From contig JAGTRF010000002.1 of NCBI GenBank assembly GCA_018396775.1, positions 14,069-78,068 on the forward strand: DNA of 64,000 nt. The letters are read 5' to 3'. The stretch's first letter is position 1; each line of letters opens with the position of its first letter. Source of the DNA: Candidatus Bathyarchaeota archaeon. GTDB taxonomy: Archaea; Thermoproteota; Bathyarchaeia; 40CM-2-53-6; DTDX01. The notes beneath the pieces are model-generated. The model saw only the letters and a list, made by a program, of their open reading frames with translations. It was not told the DNA's origin and did not search any database. Positions 20,124 through 30,220 of the stretch are shown here, piece after piece. A program made the position numbers and the translations under genes.

Positions 20124-20894
20124 ATGATTGAAGAATGGCGTTTAATCGAATTAACTATAAATGATGCATATATGAATATGGCTATAGATGAGGCTATTTT
20201 AACTATGATTCAAAAAGGTGAATCTCAAAATACGATAAGATTTTATAGATGGAATCCATCAGCTGTTTCTATCGGATACTTCCAAAGTTTAATTGAGGAA
20301 GTTAACATTGAAACATGCAGAAAACTTAATGTAGACATAGTGAGGAGAATAACTGGAGGAGGCGCTGTTTACCACGATTATAATGGAGAAATAACTTACA
20401 GCGTTATAGCCTCTACAAATAACCCGAAAATTCCAGGGAATATTCTAAAATCCTATAGCGTTTTATGCAATGGAATAGTTTTAGGGTTAAAAAAGCTTGG
20501 TTTAAACTCTACCTTTAAACCTATAAACGATATTGTTGTTAATGAGAAAAAAATTTCTGGAAACGCTCAAACAAGAAAATTGAATGCTATTCTTCAACAT
20601 GGAACAATTTTAATTGATGTTAATGTAGAGAAAATGTTTAATCTACTTAAAATAAGCGATGAAAAAATAAAGGATAAAATGATTAAATCTGCGAAAGAAA
20701 GAGTTACAAGCATTAAAAAAGAGTTGAATAAGGAGGTTAGCTTCAGCGAGGTTGCTGAAGCTTTAAAAAATGGTTTTGAAGAAGCTTTAAACATAAAGCT
20801 TTCTTTAGGAAAGCTTACGCAAGAAGAGAAATCTTTAGCTGAAAAATTAAAGAAGGAAAAATACTCTGCAAAAGAGTGGCTTTATAAAAGGTGA
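20124..20894 (+). CDS. lplA: Lipoate-protein ligase A, catalytic (N-terminal) domain protein.
   Basis: RRITGGGAVYHD and KISGNAQ motifs of the BPL/LplA/LipB family. 256 aa. Confidence 0.8.
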   Translation: MIEEWRLIELTINDAYMNMAIDEAILTMIQKGESQNTIRFYRWNPSAVSIGYFQSLIEEVNIETCRKLNVDIVRRITGGGAVYHDYNGEITYSVIASTNNPKIPGNILKSYSVLCNGIVLGLKKLGLNSTFKPINDIVVNEKKISGNAQTRKLNAILQHGTILIDVNVEKMFNLLKISDEKIKDKMIKSAKERVTSIKKELNKEVSFSEVAEALKNGFEEALNIKLSLGKLTQEEKSLAEKLKKEKYSAKEWLYKR

Positions 20895-20900
20895 AAAACT

Positions 20901-21179
20901 TTGATTAAATTTGAGTATAAAGTACCTGGGGGAAAACTCATCAAAGTTTTAACCTCTATAAAAAATGATGTTATAGAAGAGATTAAAATAACAGGAGACT
21001 TCTTTCTTCACCCAGAGGAATCTATAGAGATTCTTGAGCAAAAATTAAAAGGCATGAAAATTGAAGAAGAGTCATTAATAAAAAATATTATTAACGAGTT
21101 TTTTAAATCTAAAACCTTAATTGGAGCATCTTCAGAAGATTTCTTCTTAGCTGTAAAGGGAGCTTTAAGTAAAGCCTAG
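20901..21179 (+). CDS. Lipoate-protein ligase C-terminal accessory domain protein (LplA-C/LplB).
   Basis: 92 aa, immediately after lplA-N. Archaeal split-LplA arrangement. Confidence 0.55.
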   Translation: MIKFEYKVPGGKLIKVLTSIKNDVIEEIKITGDFFLHPEESIEILEQKLKGMKIEEESLIKNIINEFFKSKTLIGASSEDFFLAVKGALSKA

Positions 21180-21184
21180 CTAAG

Positions 21185-22162
21185 GTGCAGGAAACTCTGA
21201 ATCTTCAAGATTTAAAACTAGAAGAAGAAATAAAGCTTGCTAGAGAAGCTTCCTGGAAAAATCTTGGAAGAAAAATAGTTTTCTTTACTCCAAGCTTCAT
21301 TTATTATAAAAAACATTTTTCTCCTTGGAGTTTTCCGTCAATTTCTATAACTGGAGAAAGCTGCGCTTTAAAATGCGATCATTGCGATGGAAAAATATTG
21401 AAAACTATGATTCCTGCTTTAACTCCCAAAAAATTAATAGATGTTTGCATGGAGATTGAAAAACATAAAGGTTTAGGATGCTTAATAAGCGGTGGCTGCT
21501 TAATAAATGGGGTTGTTCCATTAAAAAATTTTTCAAAAGCCATTAAAGAAGTTAAATCAAAAACTAAATTAAAAATTGTTGTGCATACAGGGTTAATAGA
21601 TGAGGAAACAGCTTTCAGCCTTAAAGAAGCTGGTGTTGACGCAGCTTTAATAGATGTTATTGGAAGCGAGAAAACCTTAAAAGAAATATACCATTTAAAC
21701 ACTAATGTTGAAAGCTTTGATAAATCTTTAAGCATTATTAATAAAGCTGGTCTCCCGCTTATCCCTCATATTTTAGTCGGTCTTCAGCATGGAGAAATTG
21801 AAGGTGAATATAACGCGCTTAACATTATTTCCCGCTATAACCCATCTGCTTTAATAGTAATCGTTTTCTTTCCAATTAAAGGAACTAAAATGGAAAAAGA
21901 TGATCCTCCAGCTATTCCTAAAGTGATTAAATTTATAGCGTTTGCAAGAAAAGTTTTTTCAGGCACACCTATAGCGTTAGGTTGCGCTAGACCAACAGGC
22001 GCTTATAGAGTTAAATTAGATTCATTAGCTGTTAAAACCGGCGTAAACGGTATAGCTTTTCCAGCTGAAGAAGCTGTTGAATTAGCTAAATCTTTAAATT
22101 TAGAGATTTTATATTCTAATGTTTGCTGCTCTCAAATTTATGAAGAGTATTTAAAAACTTGA
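21185..22162 (+). CDS. Radical SAM protein, second candidate lipoyl synthase component (LipS1/LipS2 family).
   Basis: ESCALKCDHCDG motif. TIM-barrel-like rSAM. Same operon as lplA. Confidence 0.55.
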   Translation: MQETLNLQDLKLEEEIKLAREASWKNLGRKIVFFTPSFIYYKKHFSPWSFPSISITGESCALKCDHCDGKILKTMIPALTPKKLIDVCMEIEKHKGLGCLISGGCLINGVVPLKNFSKAIKEVKSKTKLKIVVHTGLIDEETAFSLKEAGVDAALIDVIGSEKTLKEIYHLNTNVESFDKSLSIINKAGLPLIPHILVGLQHGEIEGEYNALNIISRYNPSALIVIVFFPIKGTKMEKDDPPAIPKVIKFIAFARKVFSGTPIALGCARPTGAYRVKLDSLAVKTGVNGIAFPAEEAVELAKSLNLEILYSNVCCSQIYEEYLKT

Positions 22163-22177
22163 TTTTGGTGTATTTAA

Positions 22178-22705
22178 TTGGAGCTTTTTGAAGCTATTTT
22201 TGGTAGAAGAAGCATAAGAGCTTTTAAAAAAGATGATGTTCCAGAAGATTATTTATTAAAATTAATTGATGCAGCTCGCTTTGCTCCTTCAGCTGGAAAC
22301 CTTCAATCTTGGGAGTTTGTTATAGTTAAAAGCGTTGAAGGAAGAAAAGCTCTTGCAAAAGCAGCTTTAAATCAAAACTTTATTTTTGAAGCTCCAGTTG
22401 CAATAGTTGTTTGCGCTAATGAAGCTAGAAGCGGAAGATATTATGGTGAAAGAGGAGCAAAACTTTACTGTATTCAAGATACAGCTGCAGCCATTCAAAA
22501 CTTGCTGTTAAGCGCTTATGCGCTTGGGCTTGGAGCATGTTGGGTCGGCGCTTTTAATGAAGCTGAAGTGGCTAAAGTAATTGAAGCTAGTAAAAGCATT
22601 AGGCCAATAGCTATAATTCCTATCGGCTTCCCATTAGAAAAGCCTTATCCCCCATCAAGAAGAAGCCTTAAAGAAATAATTCATAAAGAAAAATTAAATC
22701 TTTAA
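22178..22705 (+). CDS. Nitroreductase family protein (FMN-dependent).
   Basis: RRSIRAF N-terminal motif and overall nitroreductase fold pattern. Confidence 0.75.
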   Translation: MELFEAIFGRRSIRAFKKDDVPEDYLLKLIDAARFAPSAGNLQSWEFVIVKSVEGRKALAKAALNQNFIFEAPVAIVVCANEARSGRYYGERGAKLYCIQDTAAAIQNLLLSAYALGLGACWVGAFNEAEVAKVIEASKSIRPIAIIPIGFPLEKPYPPSRRSLKEIIHKEKLNL

Positions 22706-22725
22706 ATTTTAGGCTTAAGAAAGCA

Positions 22726-24501
22726 ATGGTTAGGCGGGAAAAATTGCGATACTTAAAATTAGCTGATTTCTACGAGAAAATTGAAGCTACAACTAAAAGG
22801 CTTGAAATTACAGATTTATTAACAGAGCTTTTAAAGCAAACCCCTAAAGAATCTATAGATAAAATTGTTTATTTAACTCAAGGAAAACTCTACCCAGATT
22901 TTATTGGAGTTGAACTAGGTTTAGCTGAAAAACTCGCTATTAAAGCTATTTCAGAAGTTTCAGGTAAACCTGAAGATGAAGTTGAAAAAAAATTCGGTGA
23001 ACTTGGCGATTTAGGGAAAGTTGCTGAAACTCTTTTAGAAAGAAAAGCGCAGCAAACTCTTTTTCAAAGACCATTAACCATAAATATGGTTTACGATGCT
23101 TTCGAAAAAATGGCTAAAGCTTCAGGAGAGGGCGCTATGGATTTAAAAATTAGATATCTTTGCAGCTTATTAAATGATGCTACACCTAAAGAAGCTAGAT
23201 ATATTGTGAGAACAGCCTTAGGTAGATTAAGGTTAGGCGTCGCCGACATGACTATTTTAGATGCTTTAGCTATAGCATATGGTGGTGGAAAAGCTTCAAG
23301 AGAAATTTTAGAAAGAGCCTATAATTTATCCTCAGATTTAGGGTTTGTAGCTAAAACTGTAGCTGTTGAAGGGCTTGAGGGAATTAAAAAATTTAAAATC
23401 TCTATAGGAAGACCTATTAGACCTATGCTTGCAGAAAGGCTTTCAGACCCTAAAGAAATTCTGGAAAAGCTTAACGGTAAAGGCGCTGCTGAATACAAGT
23501 ATGATGGTATTCGATTGCAAGCTCACTTATTTAACGATAAAGTTTACTTGTTTTCTAGGCGTTTAGAAAATATTACAAGCCAATTTCCAGATGCTTGCAA
23601 GCATATTAGAGAATGTGTGAAAGTTAAGGAAGCTATTGTTGAAGGAGAATGCGTTGGCGTAGACCCTAACACAGGCGATATGCTTCCTTTTCAAGTTATA
23701 TCCCAACGGAGAGGAAGAAAATATGATATAGAAAAGATGGAGGAAGAGGTTCCAGTTGAAGTTTTCCTTTTTGATGTTCTATATGTAAATGATGAAGATT
23801 ATACTGTTAAACCATTTTTAGAAAGAAGAAGAAAGCTTGAGGAAATTATTGAAGAAACTGAAAAAGGGAAAATTTCAGAGTTAATTATTGCAAGCGATCC
23901 TGAAGAGCTTGATAGATATATGGATAAGGCTGTATCAGATGGATGTGAAGGATTAATGGTTAAATCTATAGGGGTAGATTCAATTTATAAAGCTGGAGCT
24001 AGAGGATGGACTTGGATAAAATATAAAAGATCTTATAAAGCAGAGTTAGCGGATACATTTGATTTAGTTCCAATCGGAGGTTTTTATGGTAAAGGAAAAA
24101 GAGCTGGAAGCTACGGCGCTTTATTAATGGCAGCTTATAATAAAGAGGAAGATATCTTCGAAACTGTATGCAAGCTTGGAAGCGGCTTCACAGATGAAGA
24201 TTTAAAAAAGCTTTCAGATGAAATGAGGAAATGGGTTATTCCGCATAAGCATGCAAGAGTAGATTCGCTTATGGAAGCGGATATTTGGTTTTCTCCAAGC
24301 ATTGTTCTTGAGGTTGCTTCAGATGAAATAACGCTTTCACCTCTTCACTCTTGCGGAAGAGATTTAATAAAGAAGGAAAGTGGATTGGCTTTAAGGTTTC
24401 CAAGATTTACAGGTAGATGGAGGTTTGATAAATCTCCTGAAGATGCTACAACAACAAGCGAAATTTTAGAAACTTATAAAAAACAGTTAAAGAAAATTTA
24501 A
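22726..24501 (+). CDS. lig: ATP-dependent DNA ligase.
   Basis: KYDGIR (KxDG adenylation motif I) plus the EGLMVK and LRFPRF motifs. Confidence 0.9.
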   Translation: MVRREKLRYLKLADFYEKIEATTKRLEITDLLTELLKQTPKESIDKIVYLTQGKLYPDFIGVELGLAEKLAIKAISEVSGKPEDEVEKKFGELGDLGKVAETLLERKAQQTLFQRPLTINMVYDAFEKMAKASGEGAMDLKIRYLCSLLNDATPKEARYIVRTALGRLRLGVADMTILDALAIAYGGGKASREILERAYNLSSDLGFVAKTVAVEGLEGIKKFKISIGRPIRPMLAERLSDPKEILEKLNGKGAAEYKYDGIRLQAHLFNDKVYLFSRRLENITSQFPDACKHIRECVKVKEAIVEGECVGVDPNTGDMLPFQVISQRRGRKYDIEKMEEEVPVEVFLFDVLYVNDEDYTVKPFLERRRKLEEIIEETEKGKISELIIASDPEELDRYMDKAVSDGCEGLMVKSIGVDSIYKAGARGWTWIKYKRSYKAELADTFDLVPIGGFYGKGKRAGSYGALLMAAYNKEEDIFETVCKLGSGFTDEDLKKLSDEMRKWVIPHKHARVDSLMEADIWFSPSIVLEVASDEITLSPLHSCGRDLIKKESGLALRFPRFTGRWRFDKSPEDATTTSEILETYKKQLKKI

Positions 24502-24531
24502 TTAAATAAAAGCTTCGAAAGATAAAAAGAT

Positions 24532-24810
24532 TTACTTAGCTAAAAGAATTTCTATCGTTGAAATAAGCGTTTTTCTTCCATCTTGACGCGTAACCTCTTC
24601 AGAATTTAAATCAATTTTCTTAACCGCTAAACCTTTAGCAAAAACTCTTCTAAGCATTTCCGCTGTATCAACAGCTTTGGAAATAGCTCTCCCCCTAGCT
24701 TTCAAAGTTATTTCGCTTACCCCATGATTTAATAAATGCAAGCAAGCCACAACATAATTCATTAAAGGTTTTTTACCAATAAATACTTGATTTATTTGAT
24801 TCATCACCAC
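24532..24810 (-). CDS. albA: DNA/RNA-binding protein Alba.
   Basis: 92 aa with typical Alba sequence ([19 protein letters not shown]). Confidence 0.85.
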   Translation of the reverse strand: MVMNQINQVFIGKKPLMNYVVACLHLLNHGVSEITLKARGRAISKAVDTAEMLRRVFAKGLAVKKIDLNSEEVTRQDGRKTLISTIEILLAK

Positions 24811-25302
24811 ACCCCTCCAACATCATTAATAGATATTTTTTTACCAGCAGCAAAGCTTTTCTGGCGTAAAATTTTAAAACAAATAACCTTATTAACACTT
24901 TCAACATTATAAATTTTTTGTTTAAATAAAACTCTTAATTATATCAACGGTCATGGGATAACAATTTTTAAGCTAAAAACCTTTTTTAATTATAAAAATA
25001 TGGTGAAAAGTAATTTTTCTTTCCTTTCTTTCCCTTAAAAAACATTTTTTACTAAACCCTCTAAACCATCTTTCAAAGGTTTTTATAGCAACATTAGTTT
25101 AAAAACCCTTTTAACTATATGATTGCTATGAGTAATATTGGTTTATGGCTGTAAATCATTAAGTTTATTTAAAACTTGAAAAGCCTAAATGGTAAAAGGT
25201 TACCTTATTAAGTTAATAAAAAGAAAATTTTAAATAGTAAAAACTAGATAATTATTCTGTTGGCTTTCTATTAAAAAATGTTTTTTAAGGAGGAAAGAAA
25301 TT

Positions 25303-26955
25303 TTGAGTGCAGAGAAAACTTTATTTTTAAGACGTGCAACAGGGCTTGTTAGAGCTTGGGCTTTAAGCGACGCATTCATGTACGCTGCACTTTCCGTTAA
25401 TATCGTGACGTTAGGAATGTACGCTTTCTCATTTGGCAGTTTTCTTCCGCAGCATAATTTAGTACCCGCTATTCTTATAAGCTTTCTTATAATATTCTTA
25501 GAGATTATTGCGTATTGTGGATTAATTTCTGTTATGCCTAGAGCTGGTGGAGACTACGTTTGGCAATCAAGAGTTTTGCATCCTTTAATCGGTTTTGTTT
25601 TCGCTTGGAATTGTTGGGTTTCAGTTCTTTGGCTTTGGGGACCAATTTATGGGCAGATGCTTGTTTGGGAGTTTATAAGCCCACTGCTAGTTCTTTTTGG
25701 AAAAATTTCAGGTAATCCAGCGCTTTATTCAGCAGCTTTATGGTGGACCGGCTCCATGGGAGCTTTTATTGCCACATTAATTACTATAGGCTTCGTTTTT
25801 ATTTATGTAGGGTTAGGGATGAGAAATTACGCTAGAATACAAAAAACATGTTTTATCTTAGGAACTATAGGTGTTTTAGCTTTCATAGCTATTATAGCGG
25901 CAACTCCTCAAGCAGCTTTTATTAATGCATTCAGTAAGCATTGGTCTGAATTTACTGGTCAAGCAATCAGCTATAACGATGTGATAGAGCGAACAACTCA
26001 AATTGGTGATTGGAGTTTAGATTTTAGAGATTATCCTTTTTCAGCTACTATAGCTTCCTTAAGCCTACCGTTAATTCCATTTGTTGTATTCTTTAATCTT
26101 TATCCTCAGTGGGGTGCTACTCTTTACGGTGAAGTTAGAGGGGCAAGCGATTTTAAGAGGCAAGCAGGCGCTATGGCTATAGGAAGCATTTTCATGAATA
26201 TTTTAGCTGTTATAATGCTTTTAGCCTTATGGAAATTTATTGGTTACGAGTTCTTTAATGCTTCAAATTATCTCTTTTGGTATTACATCTATACAGGGGC
26301 CGATTCTACTGTGCCATTGTTTCCATATCCTCCTCTATTAGCCACTTTCATTCTTGAAAATCCTGCTTTAGGCGCGCTGCTAGTTTTCTTAATAGGCTTA
26401 TGGTTTTTCGGTTGGTCTGGAACTTTATTCCTATCCTCTACACGAGTAGTTTTCGCTATGGCTTTTGATAGAGTTCTCCCAGAATGGTTTGGAAAAGTTA
26501 CAACAAAATTTAGAACTCCAATAAATTGCTTAGCATTTATGGCTATAATGACCACTTTCATAGGATGGCTTTACTGCTTTAACATCGGAGGCTTTACCAG
26601 GCTTACTCTTGACGCTGTATTTATGATTGCTGTAGGCTATGCTGTAACATGTATTGCGGCAGCGATAGTTCCCTGGCGTATGCCTGATGCCTATAATCGG
26701 GCTCCAATATCAAAATATAAAATTGGAGGAATCCCTGTGATTACTATAGCTGGAGTACTGTTCGCATTATTCCTAATTTGGGTTATGTATCTTTGGGCTA
26801 TAGACCCTGTTTATGGCGTTAATGATCCAGTATCAGTAATATATTTAATAGCTAACTATATAGCGGCTGTGATAATCTTTTACGCGTTTAAATGGTATAG
26901 AAAGAAGCAAGGAATTGAAGTGGATATGCTTTATAAAGAGATTCCAACCGAATAA
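25303..26955 (+). CDS. APC-superfamily permease (12 TM). Paralog of 47380..49008.
   Basis: Polytopic. TTG start after AAGGAGG. Similar in length and N-terminus to the second copy. Confidence 0.7.
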   Translation: MSAEKTLFLRRATGLVRAWALSDAFMYAALSVNIVTLGMYAFSFGSFLPQHNLVPAILISFLIIFLEIIAYCGLISVMPRAGGDYVWQSRVLHPLIGFVFAWNCWVSVLWLWGPIYGQMLVWEFISPLLVLFGKISGNPALYSAALWWTGSMGAFIATLITIGFVFIYVGLGMRNYARIQKTCFILGTIGVLAFIAIIAATPQAAFINAFSKHWSEFTGQAISYNDVIERTTQIGDWSLDFRDYPFSATIASLSLPLIPFVVFFNLYPQWGATLYGEVRGASDFKRQAGAMAIGSIFMNILAVIMLLALWKFIGYEFFNASNYLFWYYIYTGADSTVPLFPYPPLLATFILENPALGALLVFLIGLWFFGWSGTLFLSSTRVVFAMAFDRVLPEWFGKVTTKFRTPINCLAFMAIMTTFIGWLYCFNIGGFTRLTLDAVFMIAVGYAVTCIAAAIVPWRMPDAYNRAPISKYKIGGIPVITIAGVLFALFLIWVMYLWAIDPVYGVNDPVSVIYLIANYIAAVIIFYAFKWYRKKQGIEVDMLYKEIPTE

Positions 26956-26977
26956 AACCTCTCTTCCCTATTTTTTG

Positions 26978-27739
26978 TTATATCTCTTCCACTTCTTTAT
27001 ACCATTTTGTTTTTGTTCCTATTTTCGCGCGCACTTTCCAACTCATACTTTTAGGTTTTTCCTCTATTTTATTTAAAATTTCATCTATTTTATTTTTTAC
27101 ATCAATAATCTTATCTTCTGTTAAAACTTGAGAATAAGAATCTGCAAGAGTTTTAATCTTCTTTAAATTAGTTGTAACTGTATAATAAAAACCCCAATCT
27201 TTAGCTAAAAGCTCAGCTATATAACCGCTGTTAACAACTTCTTTTTCATCATCATCTCCAATTTTATGATCGCTAAGAAGAACAACAACATCTTTAACAT
27301 CTTTCTCGTTTATTTCAACTATTTGAAGCTTCTCTAAAAGCAAGTCTGCTAAAGATATGGTTGGATAATCTACAAGAAGCCTTCCTCTAAAATCAATTTT
27401 ATGACACATATCTAATTCGTTAAAGAAAACATCCACATGAATTCCTATCTCAGGTTTCTCATAAATATGTCTAGCTTCAGCCATAATAGCCATAAATCTT
27501 TCTCTAGGTTTATAGCCTATATCCAAAAAAAACTTTTTAACTTTTTCTCTATCGCTTGTAGTCATAAGGTCTATATCTGTAAATTGACGGCTTAAAGCTT
27601 CATGAAGAGATTTAGCTTCATTAGAGCTGTGAACATAAATAGCTAAAGCCCCCATCAATCTTAATGGTAGTCCTTTAGATTCTCCTAAATCAACTATTTT
27701 AACAGCTTCATCTATAAGAATCTTTTTAGTTAAAGCCAA
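26978..27739 (-). CDS. Hypothetical protein (possible nucleotidyltransferase-like fold).
   Basis: GS...DxD-like spacing (FTDIDLM, GIHVDVFF). Weak. Confidence 0.3.
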   Translation of the reverse strand: MALTKKILIDEAVKIVDLGESKGLPLRLMGALAIYVHSSNEAKSLHEALSRQFTDIDLMTTSDREKVKKFFLDIGYKPRERFMAIMAEARHIYEKPEIGIHVDVFFNELDMCHKIDFRGRLLVDYPTISLADLLLEKLQIVEINEKDVKDVVVLLSDHKIGDDDEKEVVNSGYIAELLAKDWGFYYTVTTNLKKIKTLADSYSQVLTEDKIIDVKNKIDEILNKIEEKPKSMSWKVRAKIGTKTKWYKEVEEI

Positions 27740-27832
27740 CTTCAGCTTCAGCCTCCCCTTAAAATAGGTAAAATTTAAGTATAATAAAGCTTATTAACTT
27801 TTACGATTAAACTCCTTTTAAGAGGAAAACTT

Positions 27833-28774
27833 ATGACCAGAATATTTTTCGCGACCGATGTTCACGGTTCAGAAAAATGCTGGAAAAAATTTGTTAACGC
27901 TGGAAAATTTTATAAAGCTAACATCTCAATTTTAGGCGGAGATTTAACTGGTAAAGCTGTAATTCCAATAGTGAGCGAAGGCAACAACATTTATAAAGTG
28001 AATTTTTTAGAGCAGGATTTTAATTTAAAATCTAGTGAAGAGCTTGCTGAAATGGAGTATAAAATAGTTAATTCAGGTTATTATCCATATATTGTTTCTC
28101 GTGAAGAGTTAAAAGAGTTAAGTGTTAATCCAGATAAAGTTAATAAAATTTTTGAGCAGTTAATGACTGAGCGGTTAGAGAATTGGTTAAGGTTTGCTGA
28201 TGAAAAATTAAAGGGTTCAGGGATTAAAGCGTATGTTTGCCCAGGAAACGATGATCCATTCATAATTAACGAGTTAATTAAGAAATCTGAAGTTATAGAA
28301 AATGCTGAGGGAAAAGTTGTTGAGGTAGATTCTTATCATGAAATGATAAGCTCTGGATGGACTAATGTAACTCCATGGAAAACTTTTAGGGAATGCAGTG
28401 AAGAAGAGCTTGAAAGAAAAATAGAAGAAATGACTCAAAAAGTTAATAATTTGAGAAACTGTATTTTTAATCTTCACGCTCCACCATATGGATCTGGGCT
28501 TGATGAAGCTCCCCAATTAGATGAAAGCCTTAAGCCTATTTATGGAGGGCAGGTTTTAATGCCTGTTGGAAGTAAAGCTGTTAAAGAAGCTATAGAAAAA
28601 TATCAACCGCTTCTCGGGCTTCACGGGCACATTCATGAAGGTAAGGGTTTTTCACGCATTGGAAGAACTTTATGCATTAACCCTGGCAGCTCTTATGAAG
28701 AAGGAACATTGTTAGGCGCTATAATTGATTTAGATAAAGGAAAAATAGTTAGACATATGCTTGCAACAGGTTGA
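27833..28774 (+). CDS. Calcineurin-like metallophosphoesterase. Paralog of 49148..50182.
   Basis: DVHGS, GGD, GNDD and GHIHE metal-ligand motifs. About 50% identical by eye to the second copy. Confidence 0.75.
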   Translation: MTRIFFATDVHGSEKCWKKFVNAGKFYKANISILGGDLTGKAVIPIVSEGNNIYKVNFLEQDFNLKSSEELAEMEYKIVNSGYYPYIVSREELKELSVNPDKVNKIFEQLMTERLENWLRFADEKLKGSGIKAYVCPGNDDPFIINELIKKSEVIENAEGKVVEVDSYHEMISSGWTNVTPWKTFRECSEEELERKIEEMTQKVNNLRNCIFNLHAPPYGSGLDEAPQLDESLKPIYGGQVLMPVGSKAVKEAIEKYQPLLGLHGHIHEGKGFSRIGRTLCINPGSSYEEGTLLGAIIDLDKGKIVRHMLATG

Positions 28775-30215
28775 AAGGAAGGAGAATTTTATGCTTAAAT
28801 TTTTATCTAATAATGAGGTTTTAGAAATTCATAACGCCTCCTTAAAAATGTTGAATAAGCTTGGCGTAATAATAAAACATGAAAAACTTCTTAAAATGCT
28901 TAAGGATGCTGGAGCTGACGTTGATGAAGAAAAGCAGTTAGCTAGACTTCCAATATACTTGATTGAAGAGTTTGTTAGTAAAGCTCCAAGCGGGTATATT
29001 ATGGGCGGTCGAAAAAGAGAATATGATTTATATGTTGGAGATGGTAAAAGTTATGTTAGGAGTCAAGGTGGCTGCGATCGTATCTTAGATTTAGAAACAG
29101 GTGTTATTAGAGAAGCTAATACAAACGATGTTATTAACGCTACAATCATTCAAGATGCTTTAGAAAACATTCATTGGTGCGCAAGCTTTCTTCATCCAAG
29201 TGATGAACCTCCAATGACAAGAGATCTTTATCAATTAATGCTAATGATGGAAAATACTGTAAAGCATATAGTAGCTCAACCATATACAACTGAATCTTTT
29301 AAGTATCAAGTTAAAATGGCTAAAGCTATCATTGGAGATGAGGAAGAATTCATGAAAAGACCTCTTATAAGCGTTTTTGTTGGGCCAACAAGCCCGCTGG
29401 AAATAGATAAACATAACTGCGAGCTTATAGAAATAGCTGCTAAAAATAGAATTCCAATAATGCCTGTTAGCGCTCCTATAGCTGGCGCTACTGGTCCAGT
29501 AACTTTAGCTGGGTTAGCAGCTTTAGCTCACGCTGAAATAATGATGATTGTTGTTTTAACTCAATTAATTAATCCAGGTGCTCCAATAGAGTATACACCT
29601 AGACCTAACACTATGGATATGCGAACTGCTCAATCACTTTGGGGAGCCATAGAATATGCGTTAACTTCAGCTATTGGGGTTCAATTAGCTAGGCTTATTA
29701 AGCTTCCAGTATGCGTTCAATGCTTAAGCACAGACTCTAAGCTTCCAGATGCTCAAGCTTGCATAGAGAAAACTATGCAAATAACTTTAGCAGCTTTAAT
29801 GAAGCCTGATACGATGACTGGTGCTGGAGGAATAGATTCTGTTAAAACTGCAAGCTTAGAGCAATTAGTAATCGATAATGAAATAATAGGTATAGCTAAA
29901 AGAATTGCTAAAGGGGTTGAAGTTAACGATGAAACAATTGCTTATCATGTTATCGAAAGAGTTAAGCATGGCGGCCATTTTCTAGCTGATAAACATACCA
30001 GCAAATATTATTTTGAGGAGCATTATATACCTAAGCTTTTTGATAGAAATGCTAGAGGAGCATGGGAAGCCGCTGGCGGAAAAGACTTAACAACTAAAGC
30101 AAAAGAAACTGCAAAGAAAATTCTTAAAGAATATGAGCAGAGACCATTAGATGAAGATGTTAAAAAAGACTTAAGAAAAATAATGGATGAAGCTAGAAAA
30201 AACTTGGTTAAATAA
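28761..30215 (+). CDS. MttB-superfamily corrinoid-dependent methyltransferase, non-pyrrolysine type (quaternary-amine methyltransferase-like).
   Basis: PLISVFVGPTSPLE, LEQLVIDNEII and AWEAAGGKDL match trimethylamine methyltransferase blocks. Uninterrupted ORF with Ser/Thr in the region where MttB carries pyrrolysine. Confidence 0.8.
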   Translation: MQQVERKENFMLKFLSNNEVLEIHNASLKMLNKLGVIIKHEKLLKMLKDAGADVDEEKQLARLPIYLIEEFVSKAPSGYIMGGRKREYDLYVGDGKSYVRSQGGCDRILDLETGVIREANTNDVINATIIQDALENIHWCASFLHPSDEPPMTRDLYQLMLMMENTVKHIVAQPYTTESFKYQVKMAKAIIGDEEEFMKRPLISVFVGPTSPLEIDKHNCELIEIAAKNRIPIMPVSAPIAGATGPVTLAGLAALAHAEIMMIVVLTQLINPGAPIEYTPRPNTMDMRTAQSLWGAIEYALTSAIGVQLARLIKLPVCVQCLSTDSKLPDAQACIEKTMQITLAALMKPDTMTGAGGIDSVKTASLEQLVIDNEIIGIAKRIAKGVEVNDETIAYHVIERVKHGGHFLADKHTSKYYFEEHYIPKLFDRNARGAWEAAGGKDLTTKAKETAKKILKEYEQRPLDEDVKKDLRKIMDEARKNLVK

Positions 30216-30220
30216 AATAT

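Noticed and set aside
18462-21735. Antisense ORFs within apgM, lipS, lplA and lipS (18462..18674, 19479..19790, 20594..20794, 21379..21735).
   Set aside because: All lie opposite genes with clear conserved motifs. They are shadow ORFs.
24811-25302. 490-bp AT-rich gap upstream of permease copy 1, considered as a riboswitch or ncRNA.
   Set aside because: There are no GC-rich structured blocks or recognisable riboswitch cores. Only a short GGTAA-AAGG-TTACC palindrome. It is more likely a promoter or UTR.
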